From: Pelomyxa schiedti
Lineage: Eukaryota > Protista > Evosea
DNA length: 64,000 nucleotides
Direction: 5' to 3'
Assembly: GCA_020536535.1 (NCBI GenBank)
Contig: JAHLWZ010000448.1
Location: forward strand, 1-64,000
The notes under the pieces were generated by a model. It saw nothing but the letters and a program-made list of their open reading frames with translations, did not search any database and had not been told where the DNA came from. Position numbers and translations under genes: made by a program. The first letter of the stretch is position 1. Each line of letters opens with the position of its first letter. Shown piece by piece: positions 11,760 through 25,100 of this stretch.

Positions 11760-13050
11760 AAAAAGGTGGTATTAGTTATATCTACCTCTTATTTACTTTT
11801 CTTAAAAGAGATAGACAAGAATTGGAGGGTCCGCTATATATGACAAATTTTTTATGTCATCTTTACACTGGAGGTTGTTACTTACCCCAAAAACACACAC
11901 CATCAATATTTGGACTGTACTAAGGTTTGTTTAATTACAAAGTTTTTTCCTTCACATACTCACCAGGCAATCATTACTAAATGGCAATGGAAAGTTATTG
12001 CAGAGGTATTTAATCTTTAAAGTTTGATTTATCTAAGGTAATAAGGGTCCCTGATGGTGCTTCCAATATGGAGTCATCGGGTCGACAAATGAACCACCTT
12101 TGGGTTCATTGTTATCCTCACTGTTTGAACCTTTGTATGCAAGAAACATTACCACAGCCTCTTCTTGCAAAGGTTAGATAAATTTTTTTTTTGTCACCTT
12201 TAATATCCAAATAGATTAATGCCCTTGTCAGTAAGAGTCGACGCTCACCTAAGCGAAGTGAGATCTTGAAACAATATTGCACAGAAGAAGAACCCTACCA
12301 CCAACCAAAGCCTGTATACTTTGAGTTCCTTACTTTTGTAATAGAATAACTTTTTGGAGACTTTTAATTCTTCATTGACTCATCTAAAGGCTATGAATCC
12401 CTGTTACTTCCGCCCTTGCTGATCCTGACAGTAGTTTTACACTAAAGCGTAAACAAGACTTGTCCACTTCAGAGTGGAATGACTTGAGGCGTTAACACTA
12501 TTGTTACAGGGTCCTTATGAGGTTTTTCTTTTATTGGTTGTTCATTTTTTCACTCTTACAAGGTAGCTTTACATTTACAGTCTGATAAGATGACTTGAGC
12601 TTTGGCATATCAGGCAATACAAGCCTTACAGCAAGACCTTTTGCAACCCATATACTTTTCCCCAAGAATTTTAAAGTTGTTTGTATCTTTTTCTTCTGTT
12701 GTGACTTATTCCTCACAGTGTCACTGCATAGACGAGCCGCCAAAATATATTACAGGAAATTCAGCAACGGTTTTCTTTGAGCGGTAACACAGACCTGAAT
12801 AGAATTACAAAAGCTGCCTTATGTTTAGATCTTCACACAAAAGACCTAGTTTTCTGCTCTGAGGAATTGAAACAGGTTAAATAAGCGATGGAGAACAAAT
12901 CAACACCTTTTTAGAATTGTTACAAGGCCTTAGAGCAGACTTTGAATCTTAAGTCCGCCGATGTTGTGACCATGACACGGCCAAGTTAATGACAAGAACA
13001 CCTCTCTCTGGATGAATCTCACAATCCTCGACATGCTATTCCATGATGCC
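11760..13050 (+). mobile_element. Degenerate hAT-family DNA transposase relic
   Basis: In-frame DGASNM (12053) and WVHCYPHCLNLCMQ (12101; the hAT C-x2-H motif), later AALCLD. Interrupted by stops and frameshifts, AT-rich; no TIRs identified and boundaries approximate. Confidence 0.7.
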
Positions 13051-15879
13051 TGCAACGATTCTGATACCATCAACAGCATTAAAACAACCTAGTCTGTCAA
13101 TTAATGCGATGAGCAGCCACCAAACGTGCATGCAATTCCACACCTGTGCAACGAAACACCAGCATTCAGGTAACATCACGGAAACACTGGCCAACACCAA
13201 GTCATGCATACTCCATACAGAATCTGGCAAAGGGAGACACAGACAAGAACTTTGGCAATGCGATGTTTCTTGCGAATGCAACAGGTTCGAATACTTTCGA
13301 AAAGACCAACCCAAGTGGGAGGTGGGAGGTGCCTCTTTTTCTCCGTAGGCAGTCTGGCACGGAATTGTCTGCAAACCTGAAGCCCAAAAAGGAGAAGATT
13401 GGAGATTCCCATCGCGCCAAAATTTTGATTTTTTGGTTCCCACACATTCATTCCCAAAAAAAGATAAAGACTACATACACAAAAGAAAAACAATGAACAG
13501 TGAAGAGAAGCTGTGGTGCCGGGGTGTCATGGTGCCGGGGGTGCCCGGTCGCAACACAGGGGGTCGGGCGTGGCCGCGCAGTGTGCGGAGTGGTCTCGGA
13601 ACAGTGTCGTGTTGGAGGCCGCGAGGGGGATTATGGGACACGCCGGGCCAACAGTACACACCACTCGCGCGGTGTGCTGCAAATGGGATTGTGGGTTGTG
13701 GTTCCACTATGGGCGTTTGGAGTGCAGGTATTGTCACCGTAAGAAAGGTATAAATCAATCCAGTTCTATAACCTAGTTAGTTGCATAAGCATGGCCACAA
13801 AGTACCTATTTGTCATTATTCAACATACTACGTCATTTTCTACATCCAGCGGAATCTGTAACACAGAATCAGCAGCAGCACAACAGAGACAAGACTACTT
13901 ACTTACTGTTCTGATATTATGACTTGAGTGACACTTTCGGGGGCATGTTTCTTCTGCCATCATCAATCGTCGTTGTCGTCATCATCATCATCAATAATCT
14001 TGTGGTGGGGAAGAGTATCTTTTTGAGAGCAACCAAGGACAGCTGGCAAGCTGGAGCAAGCAATGCCACTGCCTTCCTGCTTAGTATTGCCTCTGCTGGG
14101 CTGCAAAGGGTTGTGTTGGGGGTGATGCTGGGTGAGTGCAGCCTGTTAATACTCGAATTGGGGTGATGATGAGAGTGGTTTGCTGGGGTTTTCTGTCACT
14201 GGTGATGAGAGTCTCTGTGGTTGTGTTGAGATTGTCAGATGATGCAGCGGCCTTGGGTTGGCACTTTGAGCATTTTTTTGACACCTCTTTGAGCACTCAA
14301 TCGAGATTGATTGATGTGCCAAGAGTGTCTTCATAATGAACAGTGCTTTCTTTGTGGCTTTGCTCTCTCTACTCTTCTCCCCCACCCAACTCTCTGATAG
14401 CAGTTCCGCTTCCACACACAAAACCCCACACCCCAAGAGAAAGTAGCTAGAGCACCCCAGCCCCAAGTAGCAAGTCGCATTGCAGTGTGGCAAAGAAAAC
14501 GCAGGGTTTAGGCCGGGCCGTCTTACTCCTCAACCCAGAAATTTAATTGCCTTGTGTGCTGGCAAGGACCAGAAGAGCGTACTTGGAATCGTCAATCCAT
14601 CGTAGATTCATCGAATTTCGAAAAAAATGTGTACAAATTCAATAACTGTGCAGTTAGTTAGAAAGGGTGTACAGCGAACAATAGTCGTCGAACTTACAAC
14701 TTCCAACAACAACGAAAGGGAAAAGAAAACCACAACAATAAAAGAAACAAACAATCAGGGCATCGGCTGCACCTTGCGCACAGGCATCGAGCGAAATTGA
14801 TTTCTGCTTGTGCGCGGTGTTGTGAATCAATTTGGTGTTTTGGGTTTCATTGAGGGCCATCCTTATTGAGGAGGAAAGGGAAAACCCTGTGGTGAGTGGG
14901 ATGGTGCGTACCAGGCTTTGCTGTAGAGGAACAGACTGAAAGACTCGTCAGCATCCAAATACAGAAATCGACGAAACGCAGCACCGTATGTGCTGAATGT
15001 ACAAAAACTGTGCACACTTTCCACATAAACCCAAGTCGGAGTGTCCTTAATGTCTATTGTAACGGCCTTTCTGCTGCCAAGCCGGCTACCTTTACTGAAA
15101 CTGCCCTCCTTGTGAGGTCAGCTAGTTGCGAGTACCTCTCACATCAAATTGAAACCACTGTGTGGATTTGTTCTCGGAGCTTTTTGTGTCAGCCGAGTTG
15201 GTTGGAAAATGTTCAACTTATGGTTGTGGGCTTTGGAGCAATTCATGTCTAGACTGCATGAGTGGCCACTCAGTACTGTTCTCGTATACTTCCGGTAGCA
15301 AATTAACACTCAGTTTTATCACTTTTAACAATATTATCCAAATTCCACACCTGCAGCAAAACCATCCACAAATTATAAATAAGCTTTATCAAGAAAACTA
15401 TACCTGCTGCTAGTTCGTCGACCTTCCCCATCAATCTCCTCAGAGTTCCATGGAAATTGCTACAGGTGAAGGATATTTACCACACGCTCATGTACAAGTG
15501 CAAAACAAACCTATGAGCCCATCTTTGCAGGAAGAGACATGTGTAACCAATGAAATTGGGTTGGCTGACCTACGTGCAGTTCCAAATAGTGGTGATATTA
15601 AACAAGATTACATGGGGGGAAAGCTCAGAGAACATCATCATTTTCGAAGGAAATGATTCTCTGCAACCAAAATCTCCGTCGGAAATCTCAGTGATTCAGA
15701 ACAACATCTGCAGGTGCAGCCAAGTTGGCTCTAGTCATAGCCTGGAACTACAATGTGGTCACAAAAAGTTTGCTTATTGTCCCCTGTGGGGTGGACAGTC
15801 AAAACAGTTTAGCCGAGTGGCTTTTGATTTTTCCTGTTTCACGAAGGACGGTTTTTTTTTTTGTTTTGGGGTGAGCTTG

Positions 15880-17011
15880 ATGAGCCGGAGAAAGATCGTT
15901 ATTGACCTTGTGATTGGGGAGAGCATCGTGAGAGGGTTGGGCGCTGATATTGTCACATTGGCAGCTTTGGCTAGAGTCAATAGACTTTTCTATTCTTTGG
16001 TTTCTCCGTGGGTCGTCTTACTCACTGGTTTCGTTTGGTTGCGTTGCGTTTCGTTTCATCGCTTCACAGTACTTGTTCGTGTGATGAAAACAACTCTCAT
16101 GATATATATATTGACTCTCCATCAAGGAGGCTCAAGCAATTGGCAACGCTGCATTTCACAAAAGACATTCGGTGGCTGACCAAACGTCCTTGTGTTACTA
16201 TGGATCAAGAGAGGGCACGTATGGGATTCAAAGTTTGCATGATAGGTGATGGTCCATGTGGCAAATCAAGCATTATGGAGAGGTTCATAAAGGACGCATT
16301 CCTTGAAAGGCATGATGCCACTGTTGGAGCTCAGTTCAACGCAAAAAATGTTGTTATTGGCACGGTCAAGGTGAAGCTGGAGCTCTGGGGTTGTAATCTC
16401 TTTTCAAAAAAACAGATGCTACGAACGTCATAATGCACAAACCACCCCTTTTTTTCACCTGTGGGGAATTTTTTTTTTTATTAATCAATGTACCTTCACA
16501 GATACAAGCGGACAGGAGAGATTCCGCTCCTTGGTTCTTAACTTCTAGATATTTACAAACTTATTCTTCCCAGATAACGATGTACTCCCGAGCATCTGCT
16601 GTACTTTTGTTTGTTTACGATGTCACCAGCTTGGCCAATTTGCAGAAGATGATGGAGCTCTACAAAGAATACCGACGCTTTGACCCTGATTGTGGGGTAA
16701 GCTGGCATAAGGTTTAGGCTATTCTCTGAACCCAACCAAACCAGGTCATTGTCTGTGGCAATAAAACAGATCTAGAACGTGATTCCACAGGTGTGCCCTT
16801 TCGGCAAGGTCTCGAAGTTGCCAAAGAACTTGGAGCGGATGGATTCATTGAAGTATCTGCCAAACTAGGGAGGAACATAAATGAACTGGCTACTGCCCTT
16901 GCAGAACTTGCCTACGAACGTGGTGAAAGAAGAAGGCAAGAAAGAGAGCCACGATTGGCCGGTATTGTTGCCCCTCAACCAACAGTGAAGGACAACTGTC
17001 GTTTGATGTAA
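15880..17011 (+). CDS. Rab-family small GTPase with N-terminal F-box-like extension
   Basis: GDGPCGKS, TVGAQF, spliced WDTSGQERFRSL, GNKTD, VSAK, C-terminal CRLM prenylation motif. The upstream exon encodes IVTLAALARVNRLFYSLV. Confidence 0.85.
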
Positions 17012-17084
17012 GGAATGGCCTCAAATTGTTACTTTCGTTTATTTACATGTGTTCAACAATCTGATTGGCTTTGTGGGCTGCCCA

Positions 17085-18951
17085 CTAAGGGTAGGATTCC
17101 AAAAATTCTACAATGGCAAAGTGCTTGTTGGTTCTAGCAATCTCTATTGCTCTGAGCCTAGTAGGGGGTGAAATTGTGGGGAATGTTTCAAACAGCCATT
17201 TGACTCCGTTCAGGTATCCTTCTGAACACCAGGCCATTAAAACAGACCATAGTTCATCAAAACTCAGATGAAAGGCGTGTATAATCCATGATGCCAAATC
17301 AGTGTGGTTATTAACAACTGCAGATGTAAGTGGATGATAGTGATCCACCCTGTTTTCTTTAGATTTAAACTATTTTCACTTTGGAAAAGGAACCTGACGT
17401 CTGAGGTATTGAGAGAAAAAGTCTTTTTCAGCCACTTTGCAATTGGGAGGAACCCTTCCTCACATACAACAGAGAAAATGGGGGAACCAACCAGTGGGTT
17501 TCTGATTTGATTGACAGTCTGTTTTTCTATGCTATGCAAAAATTTAGCCATATCGAGCCAGCCATTTCCACAGGCTGACCTAGATCACAGTTAGTGGTTT
17601 TCCAATTTAAAAGTAGAGGGTGGAAACCTAAAAAGTGTGGGCACAATCATAGGCAATCGAGGTAACTTGAAGGTTTCATACAGCCACCTGGCAAATTCTA
17701 CATGCCCTCGTTGGCAACTGTAGAGGTGTTGGTTTTAACTTTTCCAATCCATGTCCTACCTCTCATAAAAGGCATAGTTATTGCCAGCGGCAGCATCATT
17801 AGAGTCTAATGAAAATTTCTTTGTCAACCATTGTGCCAGTTCAATGTTCCCTTCTTCGGCAAATGTTTTGAAGACCAGATTATCCTTCCAGCGGACATCC
17901 CAGGTAGAAAGTTCAAATTTCTCAATTAACCACTGCACAGTGCCTTACTTTAAGCAATATGACTTAGGGAAAAACCTTTACAATATCACAGTGGTGTTTC
18001 AAACACGTTGCCTCAAGAACAGACGTGCTAATACTAGTAGAACTTATCCTTAAATTGGAGTGCACAAGCTCGGCCAAATCTTGCCTGCCATTTTCACACA
18101 ACACTTGAAATGCTGGGGCACAAGAAGAAGAAATGTGATTAGGGAGTGTCATGATAAACCATGTGATGATTTCTTTGTCACCAAGTTGACAGGCCAAATT
18201 AAAAGCGCTCTGGACAGGGGGTGCTGGGATTGAGTCGTGCAATGAAGAGGCTGAAACCAGCCACGTAAAGAAGCTGAAGCACTTTGTTCGATAGGGTTCA
18301 TCATAGGACTTCAAGTAGTTGGTGACAGAATACGCCAACATTGAAGGGGCAATAGTGTCGAGATTGAACTGATAAAGACCTGGGACAAATATGTGCCGTG
18401 CCAGGCATACTGCATTGAGGTTGGCGCACACTTTGCCTACAATAAGTGGAGATTGAAAATACACCTTTTTCAGCATGGCTGCCATCACACAAACCCTACA
18501 CGTTAATGTTGGGGCACTCAGTGAGAGAAAAGGACAGGGGGAAAAAAAAGAAAAGAAAGAGAATGAATAGGTACAAAGGGAATAGTGCTTCACCGATAGA
18601 CACCAGCATTCCCATAATAGATTCCTCACAAGGCAAGGACTCACAGTCAGGAGCCGGGAGAGCCACCACACCAACGTACCGAGTGCGATTCGGCCGAGGA
18701 AGTTTGGCAGCAGAGTATGCAAAATAAGGATACTTTGTCCTCAGTAATGTTGGTATCACAACCGACCAAGTTGTGTGCGAAATAAACAGCACGTGCCTCA
18801 CGTCATCCCCATCCCTGTGCCTCTCACTATGACTGGCACTCCCATTATCGCAATTCTCAGGCTCTGCTCCGGTGTGGCATGATGGTGGCGGGACAGTGTC
18901 AGAATTGGAAGGACTCTTGTCGTCGGTGTCAGCAGTGTTGTTTGTATCCAT
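17085..18951 (-). CDS. Degenerate ankyrin-like repeat protein (lineage-expanded family)
   Basis: Repeats of the form FxxxCxxGxxxxxxWL (e.g. AFNLACQLGDKEIITWF, FSVVCEEGFLPIAKWL). The first exon (18496-18951 ORF) is joined by an inferred intron. Confidence 0.7.
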
Positions 18952-19121
18952 TTTCCAAGAGGGTATTCCGTGATGATTAACGAAAATGGTTTTCGCATAG
19001 AGGAAGTTTCATTCAATTAAAATAGGATTGTGTTATTAGCACAACAAACCCCTTCCAGAGGGAGGAGGACAAGGAAGGTTAAATGTGTGGGTGTGTGCAG
19101 CTGCTGAGGAGTAGGATTTCC

Positions 19122-22100
19122 TCAAAGGAAAGCTCCATCGGCCCACTGGGTGTAGTCCAGCCCTCCTTCCTTCTGTGGCATTACTCTGGCTAGGTATTCG
19201 GCTTGTGCCGGGGGCATGTTGGCCTGGAGTTCCGAGAGTGTGACTGTGTCCTTGTTGCCGGCAATGGCCCGGAAGGCGGCTACTATCTCGGCCTTGCTGT
19301 CAGTGTCTGTGCGGCGCCTCTTCATGAATGTGAGGAACTCGTCGAAGGAAATGGACTCGTTTCCGTCTGCATCAAACTCGGCTACGACTTTCTTAATTTC
19401 GTCATCACTGTGGGGTTGTCAGGAGGACACTGTGTAGAAGGCGATGGAAGTACAGTACCTCATTTCTTCCCCGAGTGCCTGTAGAATGCCTTTGAAGTGG
19501 AACCATTTGAGTTGCCCAGTCTTATCTTTGTCGAATTGTGAAAAGAGAGAGTGGCACTCCGCAAGTTCATCTGGTGACATTCCTCCATGCCTCTTAGCGT
19601 CAAGCTGTTGAGTAAGCAACTCGCGTCTTTTTTGCTGAAGGAAGATTAGTGTGGAAATTGTAAAGTGAGGTCAGGTACAAGCATTTGCTTCAACTGTGTA
19701 AGTTCACCCTTAAGTGACGACGCTGTGTGAGTACTGAGGGTACTGTCAGGGGTTACTGCTGAATCGACCATTTGCTTGTCCAGTGTGGTCAGGTCAACAA
19801 GAAGTGCTTCGCCTTTCTGGTTTACAGCTGCCTCTTGCCTGGTTATTTGGTCAAGTTGGGCTTCCAATTCACCACTTAGTGTGACCGAGTTTTCCTCAAG
19901 AACCCATCTGTTTGTTTGTCAGACGAGGGGAAAAAATTATATTGAGGTGCTCACCCATGGTATGCATTGGCCTTCTCTGCAAACGAAGCACGTAATTTTT
20001 GAGCTTCCTCCTGAACAGTCTTTTCCTTGGTCAACCACTGTTTCTTCGATTCCAAACCTCCTTCGACAGAACCCCAGTTTTCTGTCAACTTGGCATGTCT
20101 TGTGGCCGTATCACCACCATCAGCACCAATTTGAGAAACAAGTTCACCCAACTCAGTGAACAGCTTCTGCTTGTCAGGCAGGTCTCTTTCAATTGCAGAG
20201 ACTTGTTGCTCTTGTTCAATAACTTCCGGAACAGTATTGAACTTGGGGGTGTAGCCAATAACTTCTGTGGCATTTTCCAGCCACTGTGCCAGAGTATGCG
20301 CTCCATTGTGGTACTGGTTAACAAGCCCTTCCACTTTCTCTTTATGTGCCCACTCCCTCTCCCGCTCCAGCTTCCTCTCTTTCATTACTTTTTCTTGTGC
20401 GGTTGAGGCTAGTAAATTGGCCACAAAGGCTTCCAGTTTCTGTTGTTTTGCACGAAGAGTGGCTATGGTAAGTGGTGTGTGCTTGTTGTCAATTACACCC
20501 AGTTCTCGCCCTTGAGAATCAATGGCTTCACATTCGCTCAACAATGTGCGCTGGGACTCCCCTCCCGCATAGGTTGAGGTTATGATGTTTGCTTTTTCAT
20601 CTGGTTCTCCGGTTACAGCCTCCAAGGCCTTTGTCAATGCTTCGACACTGTTTACATATTTCCCCACTGCTTCTGCAAATGAAACACGGGAAGCTTCCAT
20701 GGCTTGTTGGTGCTCCACTTCATGTTCATACGAAACAGTTCTTTTTTCAATAGCTTGAGTCACTAAGCCTAACATAACATTGGCATCCTTATCCCCAATA
20801 AGGGTGTGAACGTTGTCAGTTATGCCACTCGCTTGTATCTTGGCCCACAGGTCATCAAAGGCTTTCTTCCTTGTCTGGGCCTCTGACAAAATTTGACCAT
20901 CATCAGTTTCTTTACTGGCTTTGTAGGCAAGAACGGCATCGAGAGTTGAACCAAAAGCAAACTGGCTCACTTTATCTACCATTGAGCGTGTCCAGCGATC
21001 GAATTCGGTGGCTAAGCGTGAAAATTCCACACGCAAGGCCTCTTTTTCGGTCTCCTTTAAAACAGCTTCCTTTAATAAGGCTTGCTTGGTAGCATGCAAC
21101 GGTTCAAGGGACTCCCAAATAGCGACAACTGAATCCAATGTGACTTTTACAGACTCTACATCACGGAAGTGTCCTTCCTCCAGCCCTTGATGCAGTTCCT
21201 TCAGTTTCTCGACTCTGGATTTACTTTGATCATACTCCACGGCATAGGCAGAGAGCAAGTCAACTTGAATCTGAGCAGAAATGACTGTACCCACATCTTC
21301 TTCTTTCTTAAGATACGCTTCCTTGGTCTCACACCAAGCACGCAAGTCATTGGATTTCAGAGTGAAGTCCTTGAATAGCCCACTCAGTTTCTCTTGCCTC
21401 TTCAGCTCCGTAACAAGAGCTTCTTCACGGGATTTTTCTTCTTTATTGAGCTGTTCAAATTGTTGGTCAATGGCTTCAAGAGTATGCTCTGGAGCAGGCT
21501 GGAACTTTGGCCGCTTGTGCTTGGAAGCCTCAAGCATCTGTACAACTTTATTGTGTGCCGTGGTTAGTGTACCACGCTCCACAACTTTTGGGGGCTTGGT
21601 AGCTGACCTCCACTCGGTAAATTGCCTCATTTTGCCCTGTGAAACATTAAACTCACCAAAACGTGAAGAATGGAGACATACTTGTGCTCCAACTAGAGTG
21701 TTGTCAAAGTTCCTGTCCTCCAAGTCTCGAGTGGTAGTTGTTAACCAAGAATTTAGCTTGGCAGCTTTGGCAGCATATGCCTCCTTCTCTTTCTTCTCAA
21801 TTTCAAGTTCATTCATAAAATCAATGACAAACTTGCGGTAGTCCGCTACCGCAGCAGTTAACGACTGTACGGTGTGTTTTGTGTACTGCTCATTGTAAGC
21901 TTTTTGTCAAAAAAAAGGGGGAGCGGGGGGAGACCGAACCTTGTTTTCAGAAATTTCCATTGCAAGGCACTGTGAGTGAACAGACTCCGCAGCTTTGAGT
22001 AATTCAGTTGCCTCAACACCATCTTTAAACCTTGTCTTCAGATCATCAGTCAGTGGTTCTGGCTCTCCCGTCATATCCCCCATTGCGGTCAATTCTGACT

Positions 22101-25100
22101 CCAGGAAGTGGATCAGTGCTTCAGCTGCCGCTGCAAACTCCTTTCGCTTTGCTTCCATGGCTTCTTGGTGGGCTAACTCCTTAGCGTATTTCTCATGTCT
22201 GTCATCAATCTCATGTTGAAGCTGGGCGAACATGTCATCTATATCCTTATTGGATATATTGGTATGAACATTGTCAGTCACTTTCATTTCCTCCATTTTC
22301 TGTATCTTCTTTCCAATTGCTTCCTTCCTGTCTGTTGCTTCTTTCAAAAGAACTTCGTCTTCCTTTGTCATATCCTCTTTGTATTTTACCACTGCTTCAA
22401 GATTGTTCCCAAAATCACTTGCGCTAATTTTATTATTCATAGCCGTAATTCTCTCACTGAATTCCTTAGCCATAAGGGCAAAGTCCATCCTCAGTTCCTC
22501 CTTTTCTTGTTCCCTCTTTAGAATTTCCTTGAGTTTTTCCATTTTTTCCACTTTTTGTTTCTCCAGCTGTATCCAGAGTGCATCGACTTCACTCATTCTT
22601 TTAGTAACATCCTGTTTGCCGTTAACTCACTGGAAGGAAGAAGAAAGCTATTGCTTACTTCAGCTTTGCAGTAATTATCACCAATGATCGAATCGTGGAG
22701 AGCGTGGAGTTCAGCATTTTTTGTGAGGGAGACTTTATGTTCCTCTTCATAGTTTTGCAGTAGTTGAAGCTGGATTTGAGCTGCAACAAGTGTATCAACA
22801 GGCTCTTCAGCAACGAGGTAGGCCGATTTACTCTCGCCCCAAGATACCTGTGCGTTGCACTCTTCAAAGAACTTTTTCTGAAGACTGTGCAACTTTTCTT
22901 GCCTAATGAAACTGAGTTAAAACAAATACGATAGTCAAATCAAATTGACCGTCTCAATTCGGCAGCAAGGTAATCCTCTCTGGCTTTTTCAGTCTCCTCC
23001 AATTTGTTCCAAAGGGTTACAATATCGTTTGGTGCAAGACCCTCAGGAGGCACAAAAACGGGTCTATGGTGAGGGCTTTCCTCAAGAAGACGAACGATAG
23101 TTTTGTGCAGAGTAAGTAGAGCTTGTTTTTTGGAACTTTCAGTGGGTTTTTCACTGGATCTATAAGCTGCAAGTTGCTTGTGCAAGATCCTAACGCCTTG
23201 CAGAGTGTTATCATACATCCAATTTTCAAGCTGAGTTATCGTTTCGGTAACCCATTTCACAAGCTGTCTCGCATCAGATGTTAAATAGGAATGCGTTAGG
23301 TTACCTTGGCGGCGCGATCTGCGTAGTCAATTTTTCTATTCTTCTCATCTGTGAGTCTCTGCAGGAAGTTCTTTACCCACACGTTGAGGGCAGTTGATTC
23401 ACCGGACAAGCTCACAACAGTATGAGTGGTATACTTGTTGGAAGTGATTTGCATGGCAAGTTCTTCAGAAAACAATTTCTGCAGAGCTTCCAGTTTTTCT
23501 TGTTGGGGTTTGCCGTCTTGCCAAATTTCGTTGATTTGGACTTGAAGTGGTTCAGGATCGCCTTTAAGTGGGTGAGATAAGAGGGCCAATTAAGAAGGTA
23601 TTTAACCATTGAGAGCATCTATTTTAGAACGCTGAGAGTCCAAGAACTCTTTGAAAGCTACAGTAGCATTTGCAAATTCTATTCTCTTTGCTTCCATCGC
23701 CTTCTGGCGGTCAAGTTCCTGTGTATATTTCTCCTTTCGGTCTTTAATCTCACTTTGAAGTTGTTGGAACATCTCCTCGATATCCGATAGAGAGAAGTTT
23801 GTGTGCACATTGTCAGTAACATCTAGCGTTTTCATTTGTGAAACTTTGTTGACTATAGCCTCTTTTTTTTCATTTGCTTCTTTCATCCAAGCTTCGTCTT
23901 CCTTATCCAAGGTTTCCTGATACTTAACAACATCTTCAAGAGTTTCGCCGAAGGCTGACGCTCTAGCCTTATTGCACAATGCGGTAGTTCGTTCACTAAA
24001 TTCTTTTGCCATACTGGCAAAGTCAACCCTCAAGTCTTCTTTCTCCTGCTCCCTTCGTAAATCTTCTTTAACTTTTAACAGCCTTTCAGCTTTCCGTGAG
24101 TCGAGGTCTGACCATAACTTGTCTACTTCTTGCATTCTTTGCTTGACTTCCTGCGTTCGAATTAATTAACTGACTGAAGCAGGGTGGTTATCACCTCAGA
24201 CTTGCAGTAATTGTCGTTAATAAGCTCATCATGCAGTTCGTGAAGGCCAGACACACGTGGGCCGGAGCTTCTGTGCTCCTCTTCATAAGTTTCAAGTAAA
24301 TCAACTTGAATTTGGGCAGCAACAAGAGTATCAACTTTCTCCTCAGTAGTCAAAAATTTCATTTTGTTCTCCCCCCAGGAGAGCAATTCTGAGGACTCTT
24401 CGAAAAACTGCTTTTGTGCTGCATGCAATTTCTCCTGCCTTAGGGGAATTAATAAGTGCATAATGGACGTAAAAGTAAACCTCTGAAGTTCCTTGGTTAT
24501 GAAATCCTCCCTAGATTTCTCTGCTTCTTCCAGCTTAGTCCACAGTGTTATTATGTCTGCAGGGGTTGACCCTTCAGGTGGAACAAAGGCAGGCCTGTGG
24601 TGTGGACTTTCCTCCAATGTGCGTACAATATTTTTATGAAGAGTCAATACAGCTTCCTTTTCAGCACTTTTTGGAGGCTTTTCGCTTGCCCTGTAAGCCT
24701 CTAACTCTTTGGAGAGAGTTTGAGCACCTGGGAGGGTATTGTCTATTGTTCGTTCTGCAAGCTTTTCAATCGTATCTTTCATCCACTTGGAAATCTATTT
24801 GGAAAAAGTTATTTGATGAATGTTCTTAAAAGCTCTGACCTTAGCAACTCGCTCAAGATATTCCGATTTCCTTTTCTTTTCTTCTTCCAGGCGCAGTAAG
24901 TAATTTTTTACCCAAGTATTGAGACTTGTTGATTCGCCTGCCAATGCCACTGTTGTATGTGTGGTATATTTATTGGATGTAATTTGCATTGTCAACTCTT
25001 CACTGTAGAGCTTTCGTAAAGCATCCAACAGCACTTGTTGAGGGGCACCCTCTTGCCATACAGTAGCTACCGAGGTTGCTAGTTCAGTTGGTTCACCATT

